DNA of 64,000 nucleotides from Minisyncoccia bacterium (GTDB taxonomy: Bacteria; Patescibacteriota; Minisyncoccia; Phycocordibacterales; UBA9973): contig JBDHUR010000003.1 in the NCBI GenBank assembly GCA_039809265.1, forward strand, positions 15,274 to 79,273, given 5' to 3'. The notes under the pieces were generated by a model that did no database searches, had not been told where the DNA came from, and saw nothing but the letters and a program-made list of their open reading frames with translations. Positions 9,434 through 17,391 of the stretch are shown in pieces. A program made the translations under genes and the position numbers. Position 1 is the first letter of the stretch. Every line of letters starts with the position of its first letter.

Positions 9434-10399
9434 TTGCCGGAATATTTATGTGAGAAAATAGCCTTTTTTGCCGGCAATGGAGATTTTCCAGAAAACGACA
9501 GAAATCTATTATTTAAGATCTTTCAAAGGTTTGGCTTTATGAATGGAGCTACTAACATATCTCGCTTCGGTGTTACCGAAGAAGAAGCAGAAGCACTTGT
9601 TTGGCAGTCAAAACTCGTATATGAAAAACCATCACTCCGCAACTTACCAATTGAAGAAATATCAAAACTTGACCCATTTAAAATGCGACAGATCAAAGAA
9701 GATAAGTTGATTGAAGACTTTATTGCTCAAAACCAGACAAAAGAACAGAAAGAAATATTGAATAACTTTTCTGAACAAGGGCAAATTTTAACTAAAAAGA
9801 AAAAAGAGAAGTTCACACAAGAAATCGACACCTTCTGGCGAGATACATACACAAATGACTGGTCATTGAACAATCAAGACTTATCAAAAGTAAAATTCAC
9901 TCCAGAATTCTTAAAGCCAGAAGAAATAAAATGGCAAGATATAGCTAAAGCAAAAGATGATCCAAAAGAATTTGGTAAATATATTACAAACCCAGAAACA
10001 GCTTTACTTGATTATGAGAAACTAGGTAAACCAGAGATATATAATCCAAATGAAGATATAGATTTGGATAAATGGTTAGAGAAGAATAAACTAAAGAAAA
10101 ACCCCGCATCTGTTATGCAATACGTTGCAGAGAAATTCAGTAAAACATACTATCTTCCTGGAATAGAGTATCAAAAATACCTATTTGAAAACCAGAAAAA
10201 GAAAGGAGTAATACCTGAAGAATTAAAAGATGGTAATTGGTACTACTTTCCAGGTGCGTCTTTCCGCGGCTCAGATGGCAGTTGGTGCGTGCCATTTGGC
10301 AGCTGGAACTCTAGTGGTTCGTTTTGGGAGCGCAGTGGTAATTGGACTAGTCTTGGCTGGAATGACCACGAGCGTGTTCTGCTCCTCGGGAAGAAATAG
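9434..10399 (+). CDS. hypothetical protein with Trp/Gly-rich C-terminus (possibly the C-terminal part of the preceding AAA+ protein)
   Basis: 321 aa ORF with only a TTG start and no RBS. The same frame is coding-like upstream to 9350. C-terminal GNWYYFPGASFRGSDGSWCVPFGSWNSSGSFWERSGNWTSLGWNDHE. Confidence 0.4.
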   Translation: MPEYLCEKIAFFAGNGDFPENDRNLLFKIFQRFGFMNGATNISRFGVTEEEAEALVWQSKLVYEKPSLRNLPIEEISKLDPFKMRQIKEDKLIEDFIAQNQTKEQKEILNNFSEQGQILTKKKKEKFTQEIDTFWRDTYTNDWSLNNQDLSKVKFTPEFLKPEEIKWQDIAKAKDDPKEFGKYITNPETALLDYEKLGKPEIYNPNEDIDLDKWLEKNKLKKNPASVMQYVAEKFSKTYYLPGIEYQKYLFENQKKKGVIPEELKDGNWYYFPGASFRGSDGSWCVPFGSWNSSGSFWERSGNWTSLGWNDHERVLLLGKK

Positions 10400-10431
10400 T
10401 ACATTGAGAATTGGTATATTGTGTATGAATT

Positions 10432-10497
10432 GACTCCGTATGTCTTTGCTAGAGCAAAGACATACGGAGTCTTCCATCAGCCGCAGGCTGATGGAAG
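10432..10497. repeat. two adjacent perfect palindromes (40 bp and 27 bp) without a U-tract
   Basis: gactccgtatgtctttgct-ag-agcaaagacatacggagtc, then cttccatcagcc-gca-ggctgatggaag. Confidence 0.6.
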
Positions 10498-10501
10498 AGG
10501 G

Positions 10502-10530
10502 TTGACAAAAGACGAAGGTGGTGATAAAAT
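10502..10530 (+). promoter_or_regulatory. consensus sigma70 promoter (TTGACA-17-TAAAAT)
   Basis: Perfect -35 TTGACA at 10502-10507, 17 nt spacer, -10 TAAAAT at 10525-10530, 25 nt upstream of the ATG at 10556. Confidence 0.5.
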
Positions 10531-10555
10531 AAGGCGAAATTAAAAATTAATAATT

Positions 10556-11158
10556 ATGTTTGAACAAAAAAACCACTCAATTTCTGAGTATGATTTAATC
10601 AAAGAGCTTTATGAAAAGATTAAACCTATTTTATTAAAAAATGACGGTTATACTTTTACAGAAGCTGAAACTCAAATGTTAAACCAACTTTTCTATTTTT
10701 TTGAAAATAGTCCGTTTTTCCCATCGAAAATTATTGTAGATGTGCTAACTCATGAAAATCTTAAAAAAGAACTTGCCACCAGGGTCCTTCTTGCAAAAGG
10801 GGTAGATAGGAAAAGCTTCACTAAAATATTAAAAGATGTTGATTTTGGTAAAATTTCTAAACCAGTTGGATTTTTCCAGAGGCTTGTTTTTACTAAAAAT
10901 AGTCAATTCCCGCAATCTAATATGAGATATATTTTTGATAAAGCACGCGAATTTGCTAATGAAGTAGAATTTATAAATATGTTACATACTATTATAGATA
11001 GGCATGATCATGTAAATCTTGAAACATTTAAACATATATTTAGAAATGAAGATAAAACATTTGCAATGGGCGTAAGGATTTTATTCAATAAAAAAAAGGG
11101 CTATCAAGGGCTTATTAGTAAAATAAAAAGTCATGAAATTTATTCGCAATATGTTTAA
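10556..11158 (+). CDS. hypothetical protein (AT-rich orphan gene)
   Basis: 200 aa ORF, markedly AT-rich codon usage, own promoter and terminator. No recognisable motif. Confidence 0.45.
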   Translation: MFEQKNHSISEYDLIKELYEKIKPILLKNDGYTFTEAETQMLNQLFYFFENSPFFPSKIIVDVLTHENLKKELATRVLLAKGVDRKSFTKILKDVDFGKISKPVGFFQRLVFTKNSQFPQSNMRYIFDKAREFANEVEFINMLHTIIDRHDHVNLETFKHIFRNEDKTFAMGVRILFNKKKGYQGLISKIKSHEIYSQYV

Positions 11159-11178
11159 TCATTTGATTTTTAAATATA

Positions 11179-11210
11179 AAACCCTGCCTTTATTTTAGGC
11201 AGGGTTTTTG
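11179..11210 (+). terminator. rho-independent terminator
   Basis: aaaccctgcct-ttatttt-aggcagggttt followed by ttgttt. Confidence 0.55.
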
Positions 11211-11211
11211 T

Positions 11212-11239
11212 TTGAAAAAATTTTCAAAATCATTATAAT
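11212..11239 (+). promoter_or_regulatory. sigma70-like promoter for grpE (TTGAAA-16-TATAAT)
   Basis: -35 TTGAAA at 11212-11217, -10 TATAAT at 11234-11239, only 6 nt before the grpE ATG (leaderless-type arrangement). Confidence 0.45.
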
Positions 11240-11245
11240 ACAGGT

Positions 11246-11815
11246 ATGAATGAAGAAGAAAAAATAGAACAAAATATTTTAGAGCCAATAGTAGAAGATG
11301 TAGTAGATTTTGAATATAATGCAGATGGCGAAGAAGATTTAAAAGCAACCTTAAAGAAGCTTAGAGCTGATCTAAAACAAGCCAATACAGAAAAACAAGA
11401 GTATTTAACAAATTGGCAAAAAGAACGCGCAGATTTTATCAACTATAAAAAGGACGAACTTTCTCGTGTTAAAAAAATAGAAAATTTAGCAAGAGAAAAT
11501 TTTGCCGAAAGTCTGTTTTCGGTTTTGGACGCGTATGATATGGCATTTTCAAATAAAGAAGCTTGGGAAAAAGTAGACAAGAATTGGCGTATGGGTGTGG
11601 AATATATACATCAACAGTTTCTAAAAGTGCTTTTTGAGAATGGTATTGAAGAGATATCTTCAAAAGAAGGTGATGTTTTTGATCCTAAAATACATCAGAG
11701 CGTAGAAGTCGTAAAAGGTGACGGAGTAGAGAATACTTTAGCAAAAATACTCCAAAAAGGCTACAAAAACAATGACCATATACTTCGACCAGTGAGAGTA
11801 AATGTGTGGGGATAA
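11246..11815 (+). CDS. grpE: nucleotide exchange factor GrpE
   Basis: 189 aa; coiled-coil N-terminal region, C-terminal GYKNNDHILRPVRVNV. Confidence 0.85.
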   Translation: MNEEEKIEQNILEPIVEDVVDFEYNADGEEDLKATLKKLRADLKQANTEKQEYLTNWQKERADFINYKKDELSRVKKIENLARENFAESLFSVLDAYDMAFSNKEAWEKVDKNWRMGVEYIHQQFLKVLFENGIEEISSKEGDVFDPKIHQSVEVVKGDGVENTLAKILQKGYKNNDHILRPVRVNVWG

Positions 11816-11817
11816 TT

Positions 11818-12339
11818 TTATTTTCCAAAAGTTTCAAACAAGACTTTTTCGGTTTCAATGTCAAGCGAGTCTGTTGTTAAAATCATGATTTCAGTCGTTA
11901 ATCCTAGATCATTTTTAATATTTGTAAACAGGTGCTCAAAAGGGTATGGGGAAATCCATGCAGAATTTTTAAGACAGATAAATCCGGCCTTTTTTAATAG
12001 ATAACGGAGACTTTCACGTTCGTTTTTGCGGGCCTCTGGCAGGTCTAGCAGTACCACTCGCCATTTGCCATCCCATGCGGCTGGTACAGGCATAGTGCCA
12101 TCTGTTAGCTCCAGTGAAGCCAGCTTTTTCTTGCCAACCGGCGTAATACGCAAATAATGCCCTTGTGGAGAGGCAAATTCCTCGGCAAGGCCATTTTCCA
12201 CCATGCCACGTACAGCGCGGTTTATAGCGTATTTTGACGCTTTTTCTTGCCCTTTATCCACAAGCTCGGCTGTTTTTACCACCTTTTTGCGTCCAAGGGC
12301 TCGGAGTATGCTATGTTGTGGATTTTTCCTGCTTGACAT
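11818..12339 (-). CDS. PaaX-family-like winged-helix transcriptional regulator (putative)
   Basis: 173 aa; N-terminal wHTH-like segment, C-terminal WDGKWRVVLLDLPEARKNERESLRYLLKKAGFICLKNSAWISP resembling the PaaX C-domain. Convergent with grpE. Confidence 0.35.
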   Translation of the reverse strand: MSSRKNPQHSILRALGRKKVVKTAELVDKGQEKASKYAINRAVRGMVENGLAEEFASPQGHYLRITPVGKKKLASLELTDGTMPVPAAWDGKWRVVLLDLPEARKNERESLRYLLKKAGFICLKNSAWISPYPFEHLFTNIKNDLGLTTEIMILTTDSLDIETEKVLFETFGK

Positions 12340-12446
12340 GTTTATATCATATACCTTATACTCAGATTATACAAGTTTTTTGCGGTCGCAGAAAACAAGT
12401 AAAATTATTTATTCGCTATTTATAAAAATATTAAAAATAAAAATAT

Positions 12447-14351
12447 ATGTCAAAAATCATAGGTATAGACTTGGGTACTACAAACTCTGCTGTCGCTATA
12501 ATAGAAGGCGGACAGCCGAAAATTATTGAGAATATTGAAGGTGCTCGCACCACTCCGTCTATCGTTGCGGTTGCTAAAAATAGCGACAGATTGGTGGGCT
12601 TGCTTGCAAAACGACAAGCTGTAACAAATCCAGAGAATACTATATACGGCATCAAGCGATTCATGGGACACATGTTTGATGATCCAGAAGTCCAGAAAGA
12701 TTTGAAGAATGTTCCATTCAAACTACAGAAAGGCAAGAATGGCGGAGTTCAAGTAAACATGAATGGCGAGTGGAAAACTCCGGAAGAAGTTTCTGCCATG
12801 ATACTAGCAAAGATAAAGTCCGATGTGGAAGCAAAGCTTGGGGAAAAAGTAACAGAGGCCATAATCACTGTGCCTGCGTACTTCAACGATGCTCAGCGTA
12901 AGGCCACAAAAGATGCTGGGGCTATTGCAGGTCTAGATGTGCAGCGCATCATCAACGAGCCAACAGCTGCTGCACTTGCTTACGGATTTAACTCAAAGAA
13001 AAGCGAAAAGATCGTCGTATACGACTTTGGTGGTGGAACTTTAGACGTATCTGTCCTTGAAGTTGGGGACGATGTGATAGAAGTGAAGTCTACGGATGGG
13101 GACAGTCATTTGGGTGGACGTGATATTGATCACAAGATCATAAACTGGATTGCAGAAGAATTTAAGAAGACATCTGGTGTGGATGTTCGTGGAGATGTGC
13201 TTGCACTTCAGAGGCTAGACGAAGCTGCAGAAAAAGCAAAGATTGAACTTTCAACTGCAGTAGAAACTGAAATAAATATTCCATTTATCACTTCCACAGC
13301 AGCAGGTCCGCAACACTTGCTTATAAAGATGTCTCGCGCCCAGCTTGAATCTTTGGCAGAAGAATACATAAACCGCTCAATTGAAATTACAAAGCGCGCG
13401 ATAGAGGCTTCTGGTTTCAAATATTCTGACATAAACGAGATCATAATGGTGGGAGGCCAGACTCGTATGCCGAAAATTGTAGAAGAAGTAAAAAAGGTGT
13501 TTGGTAAAGACCCAAATAGATCTATCAACCCAGACGAAGTTGTGGCTCTTGGTGCTGCTGTGCAAGGCGGAGTTTTGAAAGGCGAAGTGCGTGATGTTCT
13601 TTTGCTTGATGTTATACCTCTTTCACTTGGTATAGAAACTTTGGGTGGTGTTGCGACAAAACTCATAGACCGCAATACAACTATTCCATCTTCAAAATCT
13701 CAAGTGTTCTCTACCGCTGCAGACAACCAAACTTCTGTGGAAATTCACATTACACAAGGCGAACGACCTATGGCTTCTGATAACAAATCTCTTGGCAGAT
13801 TTATCTTGGATGGAATTCCGCCAGCACCGCGTGGTATGCCGCAAGTGGAAGTGTCTTTCGATGTTGACGCGAACGGTATCTTGAATGTAACTGCAAAGGA
13901 TAAAGCTTCCGGAAAAGCACAGTCTATCCGCATCGAGGCTTCTGGAGGTTTGAAGGATGAAGATATAAAGCGAATGCAAGCTGATGCGGAAGCTCACGCA
14001 GAAGAAGATGCAAAGAAGAAAGAGCTTGCCGATGTAAAAAATACTGCCGAAATGACTCTATTTACAGCAGAGAAATCTCTAAAAGATTTTGGCGACAAAA
14101 TAGATGCAAGTTTGAAGACAAGCGTTGAAGAAAAAATCACAGCACTCAAGTTATTAAAAGATGCAAGCAGTGCCGACAAAGACTCGATCCACAATGCTAC
14201 AGAAGCACTCTCAGCTGAACTTTCAAAGATTGGTGAGGCAATGCAAAAAGCAGGAGAAACCTCTGCTGGAGAAACGACAGCTGAAGTTCAAAATGAAGAA
14301 ATTCCAAACACAGAAACAACTTCTGACGAGAAAACTGACGAAGTAAAATAA
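12447..14351 (+). CDS. dnaK: molecular chaperone DnaK (Hsp70)
   Basis: 634 aa; [18 protein letters not shown]-type motifs, full NBD plus SBD. Confidence 0.95.
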   Translation: MSKIIGIDLGTTNSAVAIIEGGQPKIIENIEGARTTPSIVAVAKNSDRLVGLLAKRQAVTNPENTIYGIKRFMGHMFDDPEVQKDLKNVPFKLQKGKNGGVQVNMNGEWKTPEEVSAMILAKIKSDVEAKLGEKVTEAIITVPAYFNDAQRKATKDAGAIAGLDVQRIINEPTAAALAYGFNSKKSEKIVVYDFGGGTLDVSVLEVGDDVIEVKSTDGDSHLGGRDIDHKIINWIAEEFKKTSGVDVRGDVLALQRLDEAAEKAKIELSTAVETEINIPFITSTAAGPQHLLIKMSRAQLESLAEEYINRSIEITKRAIEASGFKYSDINEIIMVGGQTRMPKIVEEVKKVFGKDPNRSINPDEVVALGAAVQGGVLKGEVRDVLLLDVIPLSLGIETLGGVATKLIDRNTTIPSSKSQVFSTAADNQTSVEIHITQGERPMASDNKSLGRFILDGIPPAPRGMPQVEVSFDVDANGILNVTAKDKASGKAQSIRIEASGGLKDEDIKRMQADAEAHAEEDAKKKELADVKNTAEMTLFTAEKSLKDFGDKIDASLKTSVEEKITALKLLKDASSADKDSIHNATEALSAELSKIGEAMQKAGETSAGETTAEVQNEEIPNTETTSDEKTDEVK

Positions 14352-14370
14352 TATGTTACAATAATCGTTC

Positions 14371-15216
14371 ATGACAAAAGATTACTACAAAATTCTTGGC
14401 GTAGAGAAGAATGCTTCGCAGGATGATATCAAAAAAGCGTTCCGAAAAATGGCGCATCAATATCATCCTGATAAAAACAAAGGCGATGATTCAAAATTCA
14501 AAGAAATAAATGAAGCTTACCAAACTCTTTCCGACAAAAAGAAGCGTGCACAGTACGACCAGTTTGGCAATGCGTACGCCTCTGGCGGTATGGGTAGCGG
14601 ACAAGGTTTTAGTGGTTTTGATTTTTCTGGCTTTCAGAACGGTAGCAGTTTTGATATGGGAGATATAGGAGATATATTTTCAGACTTTTTTGGTGGCGGT
14701 ATGACAAGCCAACAGCGTACTAGACGAGGTAGAGATTTATCTACAGAAATCATACTTACTTTTACGGAAGCTATTTTAGGCACAGAGAAAACTATATCTA
14801 TATCAAAACAGTCTACTTGTGATACATGTAAAGGTATTGGTGCAAAGCCTGGCACAAAACTGAAGACTTGCACAAAATGTAAAGGTCAAGGAAAATTAAG
14901 AGAAGCTCGCAGAACTATTTTAGGGACTTTTGAAAATATTGTGGTTTGTAGCGATTGTTATGGAGAAGGCAAGATTCCAGAAGAAAAATGTACTACATGT
15001 AGAGGAGATGGTATACACAAGAAAGAGCAAAAAATAAAGCTTATTATACCTCCCGGTACAAATAATAACGAAACATTAAAAGTTCCTGGTTATGGCGAAG
15101 CTGTCTCACATGGTAAAACAGGCGACTTATATGTGAAAATCAACATTAAGAAACCCAACAAGATTTCTAACCGCGCAAAGGAAGCTTTAGAGGTTTTAAG
15201 AGAGGAGGGGATATAA
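14371..15216 (+). CDS. dnaJ: chaperone DnaJ (short form: J domain, G/F region, CxxCxGxG zinc finger, shortened C-terminal domain)
   Basis: 281 aa; DYYKILGV...HPD J-domain, four CxxCxG repeats. Confidence 0.8.
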   Translation: MTKDYYKILGVEKNASQDDIKKAFRKMAHQYHPDKNKGDDSKFKEINEAYQTLSDKKKRAQYDQFGNAYASGGMGSGQGFSGFDFSGFQNGSSFDMGDIGDIFSDFFGGGMTSQQRTRRGRDLSTEIILTFTEAILGTEKTISISKQSTCDTCKGIGAKPGTKLKTCTKCKGQGKLREARRTILGTFENIVVCSDCYGEGKIPEEKCTTCRGDGIHKKEQKIKLIIPPGTNNNETLKVPGYGEAVSHGKTGDLYVKINIKKPNKISNRAKEALEVLREEGI

Positions 15217-15223
15217 TAATAAA

Positions 15224-15258
15224 GACCAGTTGGCGCAAGGCTTACTGGTTTTTGTTTT
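15224..15258 (+). terminator. terminator after dnaJ
   Basis: accagt-N13-actggt followed by ttttgtttt. Confidence 0.5.
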
Positions 15259-15282
15259 AAATATATGGTATAATGAAAATCT

Positions 15283-16344
15283 ATGAAAAAAGAAATTTTT
15301 TATAAACCTGTATTCTTAAAGAATGAAATAGAGCTCAAGAAAATGCTCAAACAAAAACCTTATATAAGTTTTGTTGATGCTTTTAGTGATCAGTTAAAGG
15401 AACTATTTTTTATAGAAAATCATAAATATATAGGAGAAGATAAAAATAAAATTTATTCCAGCGAAGTTTTTAAAAAATATTGTTTTAAAAAAGCAAAAAG
15501 TTTTAAATATGTTTATTATCCATGGAATCACACTATAGTAAAAACTGTTCCAAAAGAAGCATACTGGAAATTAAAGACGAATAGAAATCAAGATCTCATA
15601 ACTATAAACGAACAAAAGAAATTGAAAGATTTCTCTGTAGGGGTTTTTGGTATGAGTGTAGGTAGTAATATAGCTTTTGTGTTAACACAGGCAGGGATTT
15701 CAAATTCAATAACAATAGCAGATTTTGATGAGTTAAGCACTACAAATTTAAATCGTATACTGGCTGGTGTGCATCAAGTTGGTTTAAATAAAACAGTGAT
15801 AGCTGCTCGTAGAATATATGAAGATAATCCATTTGCAAATGTGAAAACTATGCTATCTGGTGTCTCTATAAAAAACTTAGAATCTCTATTAAAAAAAGGA
15901 AAATTGAAATGTATCATAGAGGAAATAGACAATATTCCAATGAAGGTTGAGGTCAGGGTGCTCGCGATGAAGTACAAAATCCCAGTTATAATGATTACCG
16001 ACAATGGAGATGGCGTTGTGTTGCATGTGGAAAGGTATGATAAAAACCTTAAAACTATATTTAATAAACCACTCACATATTGGAAGACATTTTTAGGTGA
16101 TAATATAACTAAGGAAAAAATAGGGAAAATAATTATTGAAGATATTTTTGGGGGAGCTCAAAATGCATCATTAAGAGTTATAGATTCTGTACAGAAAGTT
16201 TTTAATAAAGAAATTATCTCATGGCCACAACTTGGTAGCGCGGCAATTCTTGGTGGCGTTATCAGTACTATAATCATAAAAAAAATTGTTAATAAAGAAG
16301 AAATGCCAAACTCATTTGTTAAACATATACAACATGAATTATGA
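15283..16344 (+). CDS. E1-like / ThiF-MoeB-family adenylyltransferase with ~100 aa N-terminal extension
   Basis: 353 aa; Rossmann VGVFGMSVGSNIAFVLTQAGI, IADFDELSTTNLNRI (ThiF-type DxD...NLNRQ-like). Low-GC sequence. TGA stop overlaps next ATG (ATGA). Confidence 0.7.
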   Translation: MKKEIFYKPVFLKNEIELKKMLKQKPYISFVDAFSDQLKELFFIENHKYIGEDKNKIYSSEVFKKYCFKKAKSFKYVYYPWNHTIVKTVPKEAYWKLKTNRNQDLITINEQKKLKDFSVGVFGMSVGSNIAFVLTQAGISNSITIADFDELSTTNLNRILAGVHQVGLNKTVIAARRIYEDNPFANVKTMLSGVSIKNLESLLKKGKLKCIIEEIDNIPMKVEVRVLAMKYKIPVIMITDNGDGVVLHVERYDKNLKTIFNKPLTYWKTFLGDNITKEKIGKIIIEDIFGGAQNASLRVIDSVQKVFNKEIISWPQLGSAAILGGVISTIIIKKIVNKEEMPNSFVKHIQHEL

Positions 16345-17390
16345 AAATAGATATATCTAAAAATCCAGAGTTTGATAATCACGAATTAGTCTCATGGTTT
16401 GAAGATTCAAGTCTCGGGTTACGTGGATTTATTGTTGTGCATAACACAAACATGGGTCCTGCTGTTGGTGGTACTAGATATTGGATTTATAAAAATGAAA
16501 ATGAAGCTATAACTGATGCTCTAAGATTATCTCGTTCGATGACCTATAAATGTGCTCTTGCAGGTGTGCCATTTGGTGGTGGAAAAGGTGTCATTATTGC
16601 AGATAGTAAGACTGTAAAAACCAAGCAGTTTTTACAGTCTTATGCAAAAAAAGTTTCTCTTCTTGGAGGCAATTTTTATACAGGAGAAGATGTTGGTTTA
16701 ACACTAGAAGATATAAATTGTATGGCTTCTAGTTCTAGATTTATTATTGGCAGTAATAATAAAGCAGGAGATCCTTCTCCGTGGGCTGCGCTAAGTGTTT
16801 TTTATGCAATGAAAGCAGCTCTTTATCAAATATATAAAAATTGTGATTTTTCTAGTAAAAAAATTGCAATTAAAGGTCTAGGTAAAGTTGGTATGGAGTT
16901 GGCGAGATTACTCTATAAAGAAGGTGCTGAATTATTTGTAAGCGACATAGATAAACTAAAGATTAATGAAATTAAATCATGGGGCGATCGAATAAATGTA
17001 GCATCAGTTAAGAATATTCATAAATTAAATGTTGATATTTATGCACCATGCGCAATGGGTGGAGATCTTACTGAAAGAAAAATAAATGAACTTAATTGTA
17101 AAATTATTTGCGGCTCAGCAAACAATCAACTTGAACGTACAGAAAATGCTAATATTTTATATAAACGAAATATTTTATATATTCCAGATTATCTTGCTAA
17201 TTCTGGTGGTTTAATAAATGTTGTTGCAGAACTCGAGACCAAAGGATATAGTAAGGATAAAGTATTTACTAGGGTACAAAAGATTGAAGAAACAACGAGA
17301 AAAGTGCTTGTCATGTCTCTTGAAATGCAGTGCTCTCCAAATGAAGTTGTTAATAAGCTTGCCCAGGATTTATTTATGAAAAATAATTAG
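16341..17390 (+). CDS. Glu/Leu/Phe/Val-dehydrogenase-family amino-acid dehydrogenase (Leu/Phe-dehydrogenase-like)
   Basis: 349 aa; GPAVGGTRYW and GGGKGVI catalytic-domain motifs, GLGKVGMELA NAD(P)-binding glycine motif. Confidence 0.75.
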   Translation: MKIDISKNPEFDNHELVSWFEDSSLGLRGFIVVHNTNMGPAVGGTRYWIYKNENEAITDALRLSRSMTYKCALAGVPFGGGKGVIIADSKTVKTKQFLQSYAKKVSLLGGNFYTGEDVGLTLEDINCMASSSRFIIGSNNKAGDPSPWAALSVFYAMKAALYQIYKNCDFSSKKIAIKGLGKVGMELARLLYKEGAELFVSDIDKLKINEIKSWGDRINVASVKNIHKLNVDIYAPCAMGGDLTERKINELNCKIICGSANNQLERTENANILYKRNILYIPDYLANSGGLINVVAELETKGYSKDKVFTRVQKIEETTRKVLVMSLEMQCSPNEVVNKLAQDLFMKNN

Positions 17391-17391
17391 T

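Noticed and set aside
11159-12446. CIRCE/HrcA operator upstream of grpE or dnaK
   Set aside because: No TTAGCACTC-N9-GAGTGCTAA-like inverted repeat in either upstream region.
13208-13675. 155 aa minus-strand ORF inside dnaK, and similar antisense ORFs at 52023-52619 and 52629-53162 (within atpD), 57587-58303 (atpB), 59582-60424 (prfA), 43621-44388 (ctpA), 45310-45744 and 61422-61715
   Set aside because: These are shadow ORFs on the strand opposite highly conserved, well-supported genes. They have low-complexity Ser/Arg/Cys-rich translations and no independent signals.
15271-15303. 10-codon mini-ORF (MKIYEKRNFL) overlapping the start of the E1-like gene as a possible RiPP precursor
   Set aside because: It is too short and featureless, has no C-terminal Asn/Gly or Cys/Ser/Thr-rich core, and overlaps the promoter and start. 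No support beyond position.
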